DNA of 64,000 nucleotides from Heteronotia binoei. Its lineage: Eukaryota. The stretch's first letter is position 1. Each line of letters starts with the position of its first letter. This document shows, in pieces, positions 26,511 to 38,775 of the stretch. Location of the stretch: positions 55,366,001 through 55,430,000 of the forward strand of contig NC_083235.1 in assembly GCF_032191835.1 (NCBI RefSeq). Direction: 5' to 3'. The notes under the pieces are model-generated. The model was not told the DNA's origin. It ran no database searches and was given only the letters and a program-made list of their open reading frames with translations. Position numbers and translations under genes: made by a program.

Positions 26511-29500
26511 TTCTTGCTGGGCTTTTTCTACAAAAAAAAGCCCTGGTCCTCCCATCCCCCCATGAAAGTATGTGACAGGGATAAGTCATGGTAGGTGCCA
26601 TTCATTCTCATTACAGCTAGATCTTGTAGTTGAGTCCAGAATTTCAGATTCATTATTCATCACTACCTAGTTCCAGATTAGCTAAAACAAACCAATCATC
26701 CTCATAAAGAAAGACAGGCCACAAGGGAGATAAAGACTTTCAGAAGTACAGTCTGTGGAAGAGGGGAACTATCTGAGTCTTTTTTTTCTTAATGGCCCCC
26801 AATTAGGGTTCTCCTGTTTAGAAAGCTGTTCCTTTGACTGAGTGGAATGTCTGCATTGTTTCTTGCGCTATGCCATGCAGCTTGAGCAGATAATCAAAGC
26901 CAATTCAGGGCCCCATTACAGAAGAAAGCCATTGCTGCCAGCCCTGGGCACAACTGCCAGGTAATTGGAAGATCAGAGGGGGAAGATTGGAGCGTCTGTG
27001 CAGCTGGGGAAGCCTATTTAGCAGATTATTGGGGAAAGGAAGGGAGTCGCTCTGAAAAATAAACAAGGTGAAAATGGATGGGCTACAAATTAGTGGCCAA
27101 GTGGTGGAGGGGTGGAATACAGATTGCAAATAGCCGCTTCAGGAGTGAACTGAAAGATGCTGCACAGGCTCAGCACTGCCACCACCCCATGTCAGTGAGA
27201 GAGAACACAGTTTACTCACTGATCTCCTAACACTCCTTCATCTACTGCACAGGCTTGGCAGACACTTGGTTTAAAACCATCCCATCTGATGCCTTTTTTT
27301 AAAAAAGCCCATTCTCAGTGTAAGGTAATGAGACTTCTGAAATTTGTATACATTTAAATAAATTAAAGTATGCAAATATGTAATGAGCATTAAGACTGCA
27401 GCTAATTTACATCTTTTCCAGAGTGTAATTAGCCAGAATCTGCATATCGTTTGGATGAACACAGCATATGTTAAACTACGGTGTTCCATTTACTGTACAA
27501 TATTCTTCTGTGAAAAATGTGCTCCATTCCTTAACCATTCTTCTTAGATGAGAGTTGGGACCAAAAAAGATCTTCCTTTCCTTTCCATAATTTTAAGTTG
27601 CATTCACAATTCTACAGCATGCAATTGCAATTTAAAAATGAACTAGGCTTAAAGCTGTATATAAGAGCACTTCGGGGCCCAAAAGGTGTCCAGCAATGGT
27701 ACATTTCAGCTAAATGTTTCTAAAGTATGTATTTTTGAAATCCAGGCTAAAGACAGAATTAAAGATAGTATTATAGCAGCATTGTTGTCTGTGCTGTGTA
27801 CACTCTGCTCATGATCATCTCTGCTAAACTGGTTTTGTAGGTTGCTGCAGCACTGTGAAACCTGTTTGACGAGAGAGGGCGATAAGATGTGCCAGATCAC
27901 ACTAAGATGTGACTATATCACACATCTTTCAACTCTCTTAAAAACTCTTTTGGTTTGAAAGTGGCCAGTTGCTGAGAATTCAACCCACCCAACTTCACTA
28001 GTATAATCTCAGACCTTGTCCACATAATGTTCTATGTAATGTGTGAATAAGGCCCCAGTGTTGTAAATGTCATACTTTATAGTTTCCAGCTGGAACTAAT
28101 CCAGCTTCAGTTTTCTGTCTTGGAAAGTTTTGCAGCTCCCTGAATTAATACATTTGTTGCCCAGGACAAAACTATTTTTGTTACTGTTATGAGATTTTGC
28201 TGGTACTGACACAATGAAAGGCTCTCCCCAAGTGTGATTCAAGGCAAGCCTTAAAGTTACATTTAATCAGAATTCTTATTAGGCAGTGGTTTTCCACAAC
28301 AGGGTGTGCTTATTTAAATTGCTTGGGGGTGGAAGGGAAGAAGAAGCTGGCAAGTCCCTCCAGCTTTCCCATCTTGCCATTATTTGGAGAAAACAGCCAC
28401 GTCAGAGAGCAGGACGTGGGTAGATTTCACTGATTTTCTATAGTATCTTAGAAGAACAGTAGCCAGACAGCGACAGGAAAACAACATGCACTTAAGGAGA
28501 AAACTACTCTCCTCACACATCATTTCCATTTTATCAGCTAACAGCTAAGACCAAGGAAACTCAGAGAAAGGAAGCAATAATATGTAAGTAGTGAAGGCAC
28601 AGAATACCCACTGGACCTTGGCGAGCAAAGCCCCAGTGCGGTGGGTGCTGAGTGTTGTGGTCCAAGTTGTGGGGAAGGAGAGTAAGCTAAGCTCTCTGCC
28701 TAAGGGAGTAAGAGAAGAAACAAGGGCTGTTGGGAAGTACAATGGAGGAGCTTTGTAAAACAGCAGGGCATGCAGGCAGCAAGGAAGTAGCAAAAGTAAC
28801 ACCAGTTTGGGGAGGGAGTCAGAACACAAAAGCAGAATGGCAATGGTACCCACTTCTTAGGTACCGCCTGGCTAGTTGGTGACAGGAAATAAATGTTTCT
28901 TCCTCCAAGAAGTTTAAAACACAACAGTGGACTATATGATTCCTAAACTCTAAACAATAAAGCACCCTTATAATCTGGTCTGCTTAGAAAGCCTTATTCC
29001 CCAACTGTAAAACATGGTTCTCATTGCTAAGCTATAGCCATTGGTCATACACTACCGAGTCCCGCAGTGTTTCAGTTCTGATGTGGCAAGCTCTGAGTGG
29101 TCCCTGAATGTCAAAGCTTAGGACGGGGCTGGCACGTGGGAGTAGACCAGGTAGGCAGCCACCTAGGGAGCCCAGCTGCTCACTCCCACTATGCTAGCAT
29201 GCCACTCTCACCTTCCTGGGTCTGTGCAGCCCTGGGAAGATTAAAGCAGTGGGGTTGGGTGGTGCCTGCACTCTTTGGAGACTGCTCCACTGCTTTCACC
29301 TTCAGGAGCGCAGGCACTGCCCAGCCCAGCTGCTTTCACCTTCCCAGCAGGTCTGGTGGGTGTGGGGGCAGGGCCTAGGGGGCAGAACCTGTGATGCTGG
29401 CCCTAGTGCTTCAGAGAGCCCCCTTGTTACTCAGGCTACTTTAAGCAAACCTAATGCGATGACTAACCCTCTCAGATCTGAGAAACCCTTATACTTTGCT

Positions 29501-29564
29501 TATTTCCCTGAGCTAGATCTTTTCCATATACTGCATGGGCCACAGAACAGCTGATGAACTTCCA

Positions 29565-29775
29565 GGGAAGGCCTGTGGCTTGTAGTAGAGCACATGCTTT
29601 GAATGCAGAAATCCCAGGTTCAGTCCTTGGCATGTCCAGATACAGGAGCTCAGATAGCAAGACTGGGAAGGGCCTTTTTCAGGTTCAGATCCTGGAGAGC
29701 TCCTAAGAGTCAGAGCAGACAATCCTGAGTAAGGTGGACCTGTGGACTGATTGAGTATAAGGCAGCTTCACATGC
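29565..29775 (+). mobile_element. tRNA-derived SINE with CR1-like tail
   Basis: gtagagcacatgctttg...aggttcagtcc head; tail gtataaggcagcttc; second copy at 62765. Confidence 0.75.
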
Positions 29776-31852
29776 TTATAAATTCTCCAATGAACAATTT
29801 CTCAAGATGTCTTTGTTTTATTTTGGTCTGGTCTTATGTATTTCTCTCTCTCCACAACTGTCTTGCACTCACAAAGATGAGGTGCTAGTTGTGACTGAAT
29901 TCTTCCTGCTAGCCCCAGCTTTCCTTTCCCTTCTCCTTTGTATGGTTAGGCGGCAAATGAATCTTTCCAGCTGTACAGGCAGCACATGCCCAGAGGTTGT
30001 TTCATTATGGTAGAAAAGATCCATCAGCTCCTTCTTCATTTTATCTCCTCAGCCTTCACCTTCAGGAGGAAGGTGGTGTCATTTAAGGTCGATTCTGCAA
30101 GTGTGCCATGATCAATTGCAGTGTAGCGATGGCACTTTCCCGTTCTAGTGAAGGAGCTTGCCAATTGATCTGTATAATTGTTAATCAGAATACAGCAACT
30201 AAGACCGAGGCCCATACCTTTCTACCTGGAAGGGCTCAAGTGTGCACGTAAGTTTTTGCTTTCCAGGGCCTGCCTACAGACTCCTGCCCATTACTATCCA
30301 AAGCTGAAAAGTAAAGTTGAAGAAACCCACCCGCTATATGAAGCAATGTAGGAAGACCCAAAAGAGGATTCCATTCCCACAAACAGACCCTGACTAGTTC
30401 ATTACAGAACCACCAAGGCAACAAATACACCAGTCACTGGTGCAAGAGAGAGAAGCCAGAGCATTGTTTCTCAGCCAGCAGACTGGGGTTCTTTTTCCCA
30501 TGGCAAAGAAAAGATATAATTTTACATTTTATTATCAAATTAATGCTTCATAATTAATGTTACCGTTCTTAGAATGTAACAAAGATTACAACAGAAGAAC
30601 ACTATTCCAATTAAAACAGGGGTTTTTTTTTTAACAAAATTCCTCAGAATTTTGATGTTTATCCAAAGAAAGTAGCCTGCCACATCTTAGTGTCCACAGA
30701 GCCCTGCTGCTATGCTACTAGTCTCATCAGTGAAACAGGGTGAGAACAAGTGGGACAGAGAGTTTTGGCAAAAGGGCCTTCCTAGAGAATACAGCTCCAG
30801 AGTCCAGATGCAATCTGCTCTAAAATACAAAGGATTTGACAACTGGCTATATGTTCAGTGTGGGAAGACCTGAATTCAGGATTACAAGAAACTTGTGGGG
30901 AGAGGGCATTCTCCCACCTTTGCTTTCCTCTTGCTCCCCAGTGGCCTTCACTACAGAAGCAGTGGTGAGGGCCACAACTCATCCCACAGTGAAGAATGAG
31001 GTGGAGAGCTGGAGGAGCATGACTTCACCTCAGGCTGCCAAGTGAGGGGAAGAGGGGGGCACTGCCACTGTGGCTTAGGGAATGGGCCAGCTTGGCTGAG
31101 GCACCTCCTTCCCTCACTTGGCAAGGTGCTGGCTCTACCCTGAGGGAGAGGAGAAAGGTCTGATGTTGACCTCCCTTGGGTACCAAAGAGGAAAGAAAGG
31201 TCAGCTCCTGGGAAGACTCCTGCCATGGTGGCTCCCTCCATAGCTCCAACAACCTCCCTTATGTTCTTGCTGGCATGGGGAGCCATGGCCTCGCTGTTCC
31301 CAGCCTTGCTGCCTTGGGTAAGTCTGAGGTTGTCTGTGTATGTGCAGACAATACTTTTTATTTTTGGGAAAAATTTAAACCCCCAATGTATTGTTTTAAG
31401 TTTTCAGATTTTTCTACACATCTGCGGAGTCCCCCAAGTGTGCAGAAAAATCTCTTTTCTCTCCATGTGCCCCCGATCTGTGGAAATAAGTATCCACACA
31501 GAGGGGCCATGTTGGTAATTAGATATATAGATAGTAACAAAAGACATATACTGTATTCTTACGTCTCCCTCCCACAGCCTATTCAGTTGAAGGGTTCAAA
31601 AGTCCACCCAGCAATCTAGAAATTTCCAAATTATGGGGGAGGCACTAATTTGCTGTGGAAGCATCACGGGTGGATATGTTGCAGGGATGCTGCAAGAGCC
31701 TGAGATATAATTGCAAAACTTGGAGATTAAAAGGAGATTCACTTTTGCTTTAAGGCCAGAAACCAACAAGCAGAAATGAAATTAAAGCATCTCCTCAGTA
31801 AAGCCTGTGACAACTGAATCACTCCTTTCACAGTTAACAACCTAAGTTAAAC

Positions 31853-32432
31853 AACCACAAATATCGGGGACATGGAAGTTCATAAATGGCTTATAAATTA
31901 ATGAGTCATCAAAGCATTATATTATTATACATTACAAAGTCTAAACAATAATCACAAGTAAGTTGTAACAACAAGGAATCCCAACTCCACAATGGAGACA
32001 AATAGAAGTCTTTCCCTAGGAGTCCATAGGTGTGCAGAGTCTGAAGCCTGAAATAACAATTTTCCAAAGACACCAGATCAAGAAGACCGTAAGATGGATG
32101 CAGATAATGTCGAGGTCCCTTTGCCTGACAATCATTTCAATGTTTGAAATAAAGATCTTTTTTAAGAGCTGGGAATATTCTCCTCTAAATATTAATAGCC
32201 TGGAATAGTGAAGCCTTTACTAATTACAAACAGGTTGAAGTCTGCACCTTGTCCAATCATAAACTGGTTGAAGAACAGACTATTTGTCTCTGTTTTGGAG
32301 TTGGAATTCCTTGTTGTTACAACTTACTTATAATGATTGTTTAGACTTTGTAATGCATAATAATATGGTGCTTTGATGACTCATTAATATATAAGCAATT
32401 TATGAACTTATATGTTCTCGGTATTTGTGGTT
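31853..32432 (-). mobile_element. 152-bp inverted repeat pair around a probable Penelope-like (Neptune-type) 3' fragment
   Basis: 31853-32004 vs revcomp 32281-32432: 135/152 identical, ungapped. The spacer translates on minus to FRLQTLHTYGLLGKDFYLSP, resembling the Neptune GIY-YIG C-terminus (W..RL.TL.P.GLN). The inverted repeat is certain; the family call is tentative. Confidence 0.55.
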
Positions 32433-33253
32433 GGTATACTCAGGGCTGGCAGAAAGCTCCAGTCTCTCTCTTTAGTGCCACCCCCTCTTCCCTCATCCTT
32501 CAGCACTCATTGCTGCAAATGACACACAAGAGTGATTCAATTAGCTTCTCCTGGAAAAATTGGCAAAGGGGAAGTGAGATTTCATGGTCCTTTAATTAAC
32601 CCTGGGCAGAGATGAAATGAAGGCTGCAGAGAGTGCAAACTGGCTCCACCACTTGGTCAGCTGCCTTGTTAAAAAGTGCATGTGATGTGTCGGGATCCAA
32701 AAGGCAGATGTGTAAATTATGGAGGGGTGCTTAGCAAAGTTGGGAGAGTTTCTATTCCTGGACAATGAAGCTGGAAGACACATAAGAGGAGAACTAGACT
32801 ATCAAGTTTCTCCTCCCCTTCCCATTTTCTCTTTGGCTGGGTCTGTTATTTCTGTCAATTGTGACTCACTGTAATTAAAAGAACAAATAAAACATGCACC
32901 TATTAGCTGTGCAGCCAGCACTGTAATGGAGCCACTTTTCAGTGAGGCACAAGCCCACTCACTGATGAAATGGAACCATTTCCTTGGTAAGCAATGGTTG
33001 ATGCCCAGCACACCCATACAATGCACTCTGGTGAAAGGCAGGAAGACAACTATGAGGAACTGAAAGGGCTTTGTAGTAGGCTTCTTCATTTGCACATCCA
33101 TTGGGAGCCCAGCTGGTCACTTTATTTTCTCTTCAGGATGGATTCTGGAGCTCAGTTTGTACCTAACACTGATTATTCCAACAGCCACTGGGCCACGAGC
33201 AGGTCAGAGTATGTGCTTACACACACATGGCAGTTGAGAGCCAGTGTGCTAGA

Positions 33254-34021
33254 TAGGCTTCCCAACGCCCCCGCCCTGGCGGGGGACCCTCGAATTTGTG
33301 GCCTCCTCCCCCGCTCTCCAAAAATCCGGAAGCGGTGTGGGGGGGGAGAGAACATACGTGTAGGCATCATGTTGTAGAGCTTCTGATCCGTTTGTAAAAT
33401 GTGTGCCCCTTTAAGGCTGCACAGGAAACAGGAAGGGCTTCATTGGAAAGGGTCAGTAACAGTTTCCATGGAGAATGGCCCCTTCCTTTCTTTTGCTTTC
33501 ATTTTCACAGCAAGGAAAGTTCTGCAGGAAGAAGATCTAGTAAGTATTTGTGTGTGTGAGAGAGGGAGGGGGCAGGGGATTCCTTGGTTTGGAGGCCCTC
33601 CCCCCCTTTAGAAAGCATGGTGGGAGGGAAATGTCTATTGGGCACTCTATTATTCCCTAGGGAGAACGATTCCCATAGGGAATAATAGGGAATTGATCCA
33701 TGGGTATTGGGGGCTCTGGGGGGGCTATTTTTTGAGGTAGTGGCACCAAATTTTTAGTATAGCATCTAGTGCCTCTCCTCAAATTCCCCCCCCCCCAAGT
33801 TTCAAAATGATTGGACCAGAGGCTCCAATTCTATGAGCCCCAAATATGGTGCCCCTATCCTTAATTATTTCCTATGGAAGAAAGGCATTTTAAAAGGTGT
33901 GCTGTCCCTTTAAATGTGATGGCCAGAACTCCCTTGGAGTTCAATTATGCTTGTCACATCCTTTTCTTGGCTCCGCCCCCAAAGTCCCCAGATTTTTTTT
34001 TAATTGGACTTGGCAACCCTA
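33254..34021. mobile_element. hAT Blackjack-like MITE, long (768-bp) variant
   Basis: TIRs taggcttcccaa / ttggcaacccta; perfect TSD GTGCTAGA. Confidence 0.92.
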
Positions 34022-34668
34022 GTGCTAGAGTGGCTAGAGCACCAGATAAAGATCTGGTAGGCCTCTCCCCACTCTGCTGTGTAACTCTCTGAGTGACCTT
34101 AGCCCAGTCATCCCCCCCTACCTCACATACTGGAAAAGGAGAACCATATACTGGACCCTGAACTCCTTGGAGGAAAAGCAAGATAAAAATGTGCTAGATA
34201 TTAATTTACAGATGGTCCGTCCCTTCCATTTTGTAACATTCATGCCTGCTGTTCTGACAAGTGCCACTAACCTCATCTCTTCCCATTTGACTCCTGACCA
34301 CTGTTTTTCCTTTTCTACTCCACTCTTCTGCCACAGAGCTCAGAGTGACTCACATGTGATTCTCAGATAGTCTCCCAATCAGGCAGTTGACAGATCCAGA
34401 CCTGCTTAGTTCACCAGCAGATCTGAGTTACATTCCTTCAAAACCACATTTGGGCCATAGTTGCAATGTACGGTATGTTCCTGTTAATTGCCATCTAGTG
34501 GCCAAACGACAGAACAGCTGGACTAGACATGCTCCTGAAGAAGGTGGGGCTAGCAGAAGCCTTTTCCAAGATGGATGCTCTGTCGAGGCTTTTTGTGCTA
34601 CATCTCAAAGAAAGCAGGTTTATTTAGACCCTTGCCTTGCTGATGTGGACTCCAAACTTTATAGTAGC

Positions 34669-36150
34669 TGTTATGTATGTGGACTCAAGAGAAGACTTTG
34701 GATACTCCCGCCGGGCTCATTGGAGCCAGGCAGACTGAGCTTGGGGACTTGGGAACAAAGGGCTGCAGGATCCAAATCCCTGCGGCCCTAGACCAATCAC
34801 AAACCTCCACCGGTTTGAATGACCCAATGATGTGCTAGCGCGGGAATCCAGAGATGTATATAAGTTGGGCTGGTGGGCCCCATCCTCAGTCTTGCATTGT
34901 AACTTTTTTCTATGTGATTCCTATTAAAGAGCTTGTTATCACTCACTCCGAGACTCTGCCATGCATAGAACCCACTATATATATGCATAGAACTCAACAC
35001 CTGCGGTGAAAGCATCTGGGGTGTTTGTCGGTCGGGGGCGAACAGGCCCAGCAGGGGCTTGTGGTCTGTCAGGATAGTGAAGGGCCAGCCATACAGGTAA
35101 TTGTGGAATTTTTTTACCCCTGCCACAATAGCCAGGCCCTCTTTGTCTATTTGAGTGGTTTCGCTCCAGTTTTTGTAAGGTCCTTGAATAGGCTACCAGG
35201 ACCTCAAGCCCATCCAACAGCCTGTGGGCCAACATGGCGCCGACCCCATAAGGCAATGCGTTGCACGTGAGCACGATGGATAGCCGTTCGTTGAAGTGCG
35301 CCAGCAAGCTGTTAGACGTCAAAATGTCTTTTACCACCTGGAAAGTGGCAGCTTGCTGACAACCCCAAACCCACGGTGCCCTTTTGTCCAGCAGTCTGTG
35401 TAAGGGCTCTGCTACCACCACCTTGTGGGGAAGGAAGGCATGGTAGAAATTGAGAATTTCCAGGAACAATTGTAATTCAGCTTTGTTGGTGGGAGCTGGC
35501 ACATCACAATTTTGTCCTGGGCCGGGTGAATGCTGCTCGCGTCCACCGTATACCCCAGAAAATCTATAGTGGGCACCCCCAATACACATTTTTCCCATTT
35601 TACCTTTAACCCTGCCTCCTTGAAATGCTGTAACACCATTCGGATGCAGTCACCGAATTCGTCTTCGGAGGCAGCCACAATCAGCACATCGTCGAAGAAC
35701 GGCTGGACTCCGAGGATGCCTTTAAGAAGAGAGTCCATTAAGTTCTGAAACAGTCCCGGCGCTGGAGCTCAGTGCACTTGGCGGTGCCGGGGAGCCCTGG
35801 ACCTCGCTCATCTGGATCCCATCCTCGTTGCTGCTATAATATAGTGGGTTCTATGCATGGCAGAGTCTCAGAGTGAGTGATAACAAGCTCTTTAATAGGA
35901 ATCACATAGTAAAAGATTACAATACAAGACTGAGGATGGGGCCTACTGGCCCAACTTATATACATCTCTGGATTCCTGCGCTAGCACATCATTGGGTCAT
36001 TCAAACCGGTGGAGGTTTGTGATTGGTCTAGGGCTGCAGGGATTTGGATCCTGAAGCCCTTTGTTCCCAAGTCCCCAAGCTCAGTCTGCCTGGCTCCAAT
36101 GAGCCCGGCGGGAGTATCCAAAGTCTTCTCTTGAGTCCACATACATAACA
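34669..36150 (-). mobile_element. Ty3/Gypsy derivative: RT-RNase H fragment between two inverted LTRs
   Basis: Minus ORFs give PGLFQNLMDSLLKG..PFFDDVLI (RT) and LTCNALPYGVGAML..AYSRTL..ERNHS (RNase H). LTR copies 34669-34980 (+) and 35839-36150 (-) start TGTTATGTA and carry TATATAAG and ATTAAA. Confidence 0.92.
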
Positions 36151-38184
36151 CCAGCTATACTTCTTTTACATGCTTATAAGGGAGTGAGCGGCAGACACAA
36201 ATCACTTCCAGCCAATGCCTGTCATGCAGACTAAGCTTCGGCATGTATTGTGGCAGGAATGAAAGAGAACCTTCAGCTGGCCAAGTAAAAACAGCGGTGA
36301 AGAGACTTTGCTTAGGAGCTTTGATGACAATTAGATATGCATTTGACTTTCCCTAGCAGCTGGAACATTGGTGAGAAAACATGTTCAAGGGCTGCCAGAA
36401 TATGTAAGCCTTATTCAAAACAAACAGGCACACAGCGAAGCCCTGAAAAGATTAAAGACTGCATTTAGTGCTGCTGTTGCTCTGCCATTGTGAGCTCTCA
36501 TCCCTGGTGGAGAGTGATCCAGCTGGGGTGGGAAAGAGCTACCATGATATGTACCTTCCCAAATGTTTTATAATGTGGTTTGCATAGCTTCTATTTTGAT
36601 TTTCGAACAGCCATGGTTCTTTGTGCCTCTTTGAAGTGCCAGTGCCATCTGCTGTGTGTTCAAGGCAGAGAAGAAACACAGATGCAGGAGAAAAGCGTTC
36701 CTTAATTTGGTTATTGATCATGCAATTGTTAGGCCATGGCAGTCTTCAGAGTCAGCAGCACCAATGTTCCCTGTTCCTCAATGCCATCTGCTACATTCCA
36801 CAAATAAGCCTTGGATCTGATACTTCTGCGATGTTTGGAAAGCCTTCCTCTGAGTTTGCTCAGCACTGTGAAGCCTGACGGCAGACCAAGCCTATTGCAT
36901 CCAATCCAGAATGGGAGACAACTGTTGGATGCCCAGAATCAACATACTGTAACGACGACTGATCCTGAGTGAAGGAACCTTGCATTGCTTATTGATGATG
37001 CTGTTAGGAACACCATGGGGCTCAGAAACCTCTTCAGGCCCTACACTGTTCACAAGGACAGCGCTTTCCCTACTAACCAATCAGAAGTGACAGGGCCGGT
37101 GAAGAGGGCCTGATCTATCTGAGGAATATGCTGAGCCAACATGCATCTTGGATACATATTTTTGCTAGGTGGTACTCATCTGGTACAGTCTTGCCATACA
37201 ATCACAGGCAGGATAGCATGTAACAGCTATGTATAGGAGTAGGCTCACTCAGAAGTGCTGTACCAGCACAGAATAGTGGAATGCACAAAGGGTGGCTAAC
37301 AAAGTCCCATAATGCTGACACCTCTGGGTAAATCTCTTGATAATCCTGCTGAATCCCAGCCCATGCTGCATTTACTGGACGGCCCATCATTCAGGCAATG
37401 CTTGCTGCAAGCATAAGGAGGTTTGACCTTAGTATGCTCTGTGCTTATGCACTGGTCAGCTGCCATTCTCCGGCCCAGAATTGGCTGCATTTCAGGAACA
37501 CTGCTGAGCACACAGGCACAATCAAAATGGTAAAACCTCATTATCCTCCCACAGTTGTTCCCTTTGCTCACATAAGGCCACTGCCTGAGGTAGCCACCCT
37601 GCTCTTGCCTAGGAAGACGGAAGCCGAAAAGCTGCTAACAAGAGAGGAGTCCTTGGTTGAAAAACGTAACATAGAGAAGAGTGGAGCAGCAAATCCAGCT
37701 GAGCTGGTAGCATTTTGTTGTTTGCCGGGGGAGCAGCATAATGCAAAAGGACAAATACGGTGGCAATAGGTCAGAAATATGATATGTAGGGTATATAAAA
37801 TACAAGCACGGTTAGTTGAGATAAGGAAGAAGCTGGCAGGTTAATGTGAGTGGTGTGAAAGATGGGTAAGGTGACTGAACAAAAGGGTGGGAGTTGATGT
37901 ACAAATTAGAAGGAGGAGGGATAAAGGAAAGGGAGAGGGGAGATGGCGATACAAGAGTATGTGAAAAGGTAAGCAGATAAAATGATAAATATCTAACTCC
38001 AATATATAATGAAAATAAACATGAACACATAGAGCTGCATTTGCACATATCACTCCTTTGTATATCCAATCTGTCAAAAATTAAGACTGCAAACTTCTCA
38101 AGGCACTGACCTACCTTTTTTGCTGCCGGCGTTCTTTAAAGCGCCTTGCGCATAGATAGCATACAGACAGGCTCAATACATAAT

Positions 38185-38370
38185 AGAACCCTGATCTCAT
38201 CAGATCCCAGAAGCTAAGCAGGGTCAGCCCTGGCTAGTATTTGAATGGGAGACCTCCAAGGAAGTCCAGGGTTGCTACGCAGAGGCAGGCAATGGCAAAC
38301 TACCTCTGAATGTCTCCTGTCTTGACTGTGAGGTCACGATAAGCTGGCTGTAACTTCACAGCAAAAAAAG
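38185..38370 (+). mobile_element. 5S rRNA-headed SINE (5S-Sauria-like)
   Basis: ctgatctcatcagatcccagaagctaagcagggtcagccctggctagtatttgaatgggagacc followed by gcaatggcaaac. Confidence 0.85.
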
Positions 38371-38545
38371 AAAGGAAGGAAGGAAGCTAGATCTCATCAA
38401 TGCCTTTCAATGCTATGCTGCAGGTAGTATGGTGCAATGGGCAGTCAGGTAACGAGCCTCCCTCCCCGCTTCATAGTGATAGCCTTATGGATCTCATCCT
38501 ACTCCCCTGGTTTGAACACCAGATCCAAAGAAGATGTGGGAAATG

Positions 38546-38775
38546 CAGTTGTGTTAGCATATTGCAGCAAAAATAACTTGGAGTCTAATGACACCTTAAA
38601 GATGAGCACTCTTTTAAAAAAAATTCCAGCATAGGCTTTTGTAAGCTACGGCCCACTTCTTCCCAAGCAAATTACATTGCCTCTAACAAGGGAACTCTGA
38701 TCTGCAAATGCTATGCTAGAATAAAAAACATTGTTGGTGCCACTAGACTCCTGTTTATTTTTACAGAAGACCAGC
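38546..38775. mobile_element. Palindromic Penelope-derived non-autonomous element with a decayed hammerhead motif
   Basis: Arms gagtctaatgacacc.../...ggtgccactagactc; minus strand gaagaagtgggccgtagcttacaaaagc resembles the reptile PLE hammerhead CUGAnGA-stem II-GAAA. Confidence 0.7.

Larger units (their letters stand above)
24688..26545. mobile_element. ~1.86-kb non-autonomous hAT element with tandem-array cargo
   Basis: TIRs cagggattttttt / aaaaaaaagccctg; perfect TSD GTCCTCCC (24680-24687, 26546-26553). Length includes an N gap. Confidence 0.85.

Noticed and set aside
34643-34686. 10-bp match atgtggactc between the flank and the LTR start
   Set aside because: Not positioned as a TSD and noticed post hoc; may be chance.
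34669-36150. DIRS/tyrosine-recombinase element, because of the inverted termini
   Set aside because: RT and RNase H motifs and the TG-starting LTR with TATA/polyA signals are Gypsy-type; no recombinase or internal complementary region is seen.
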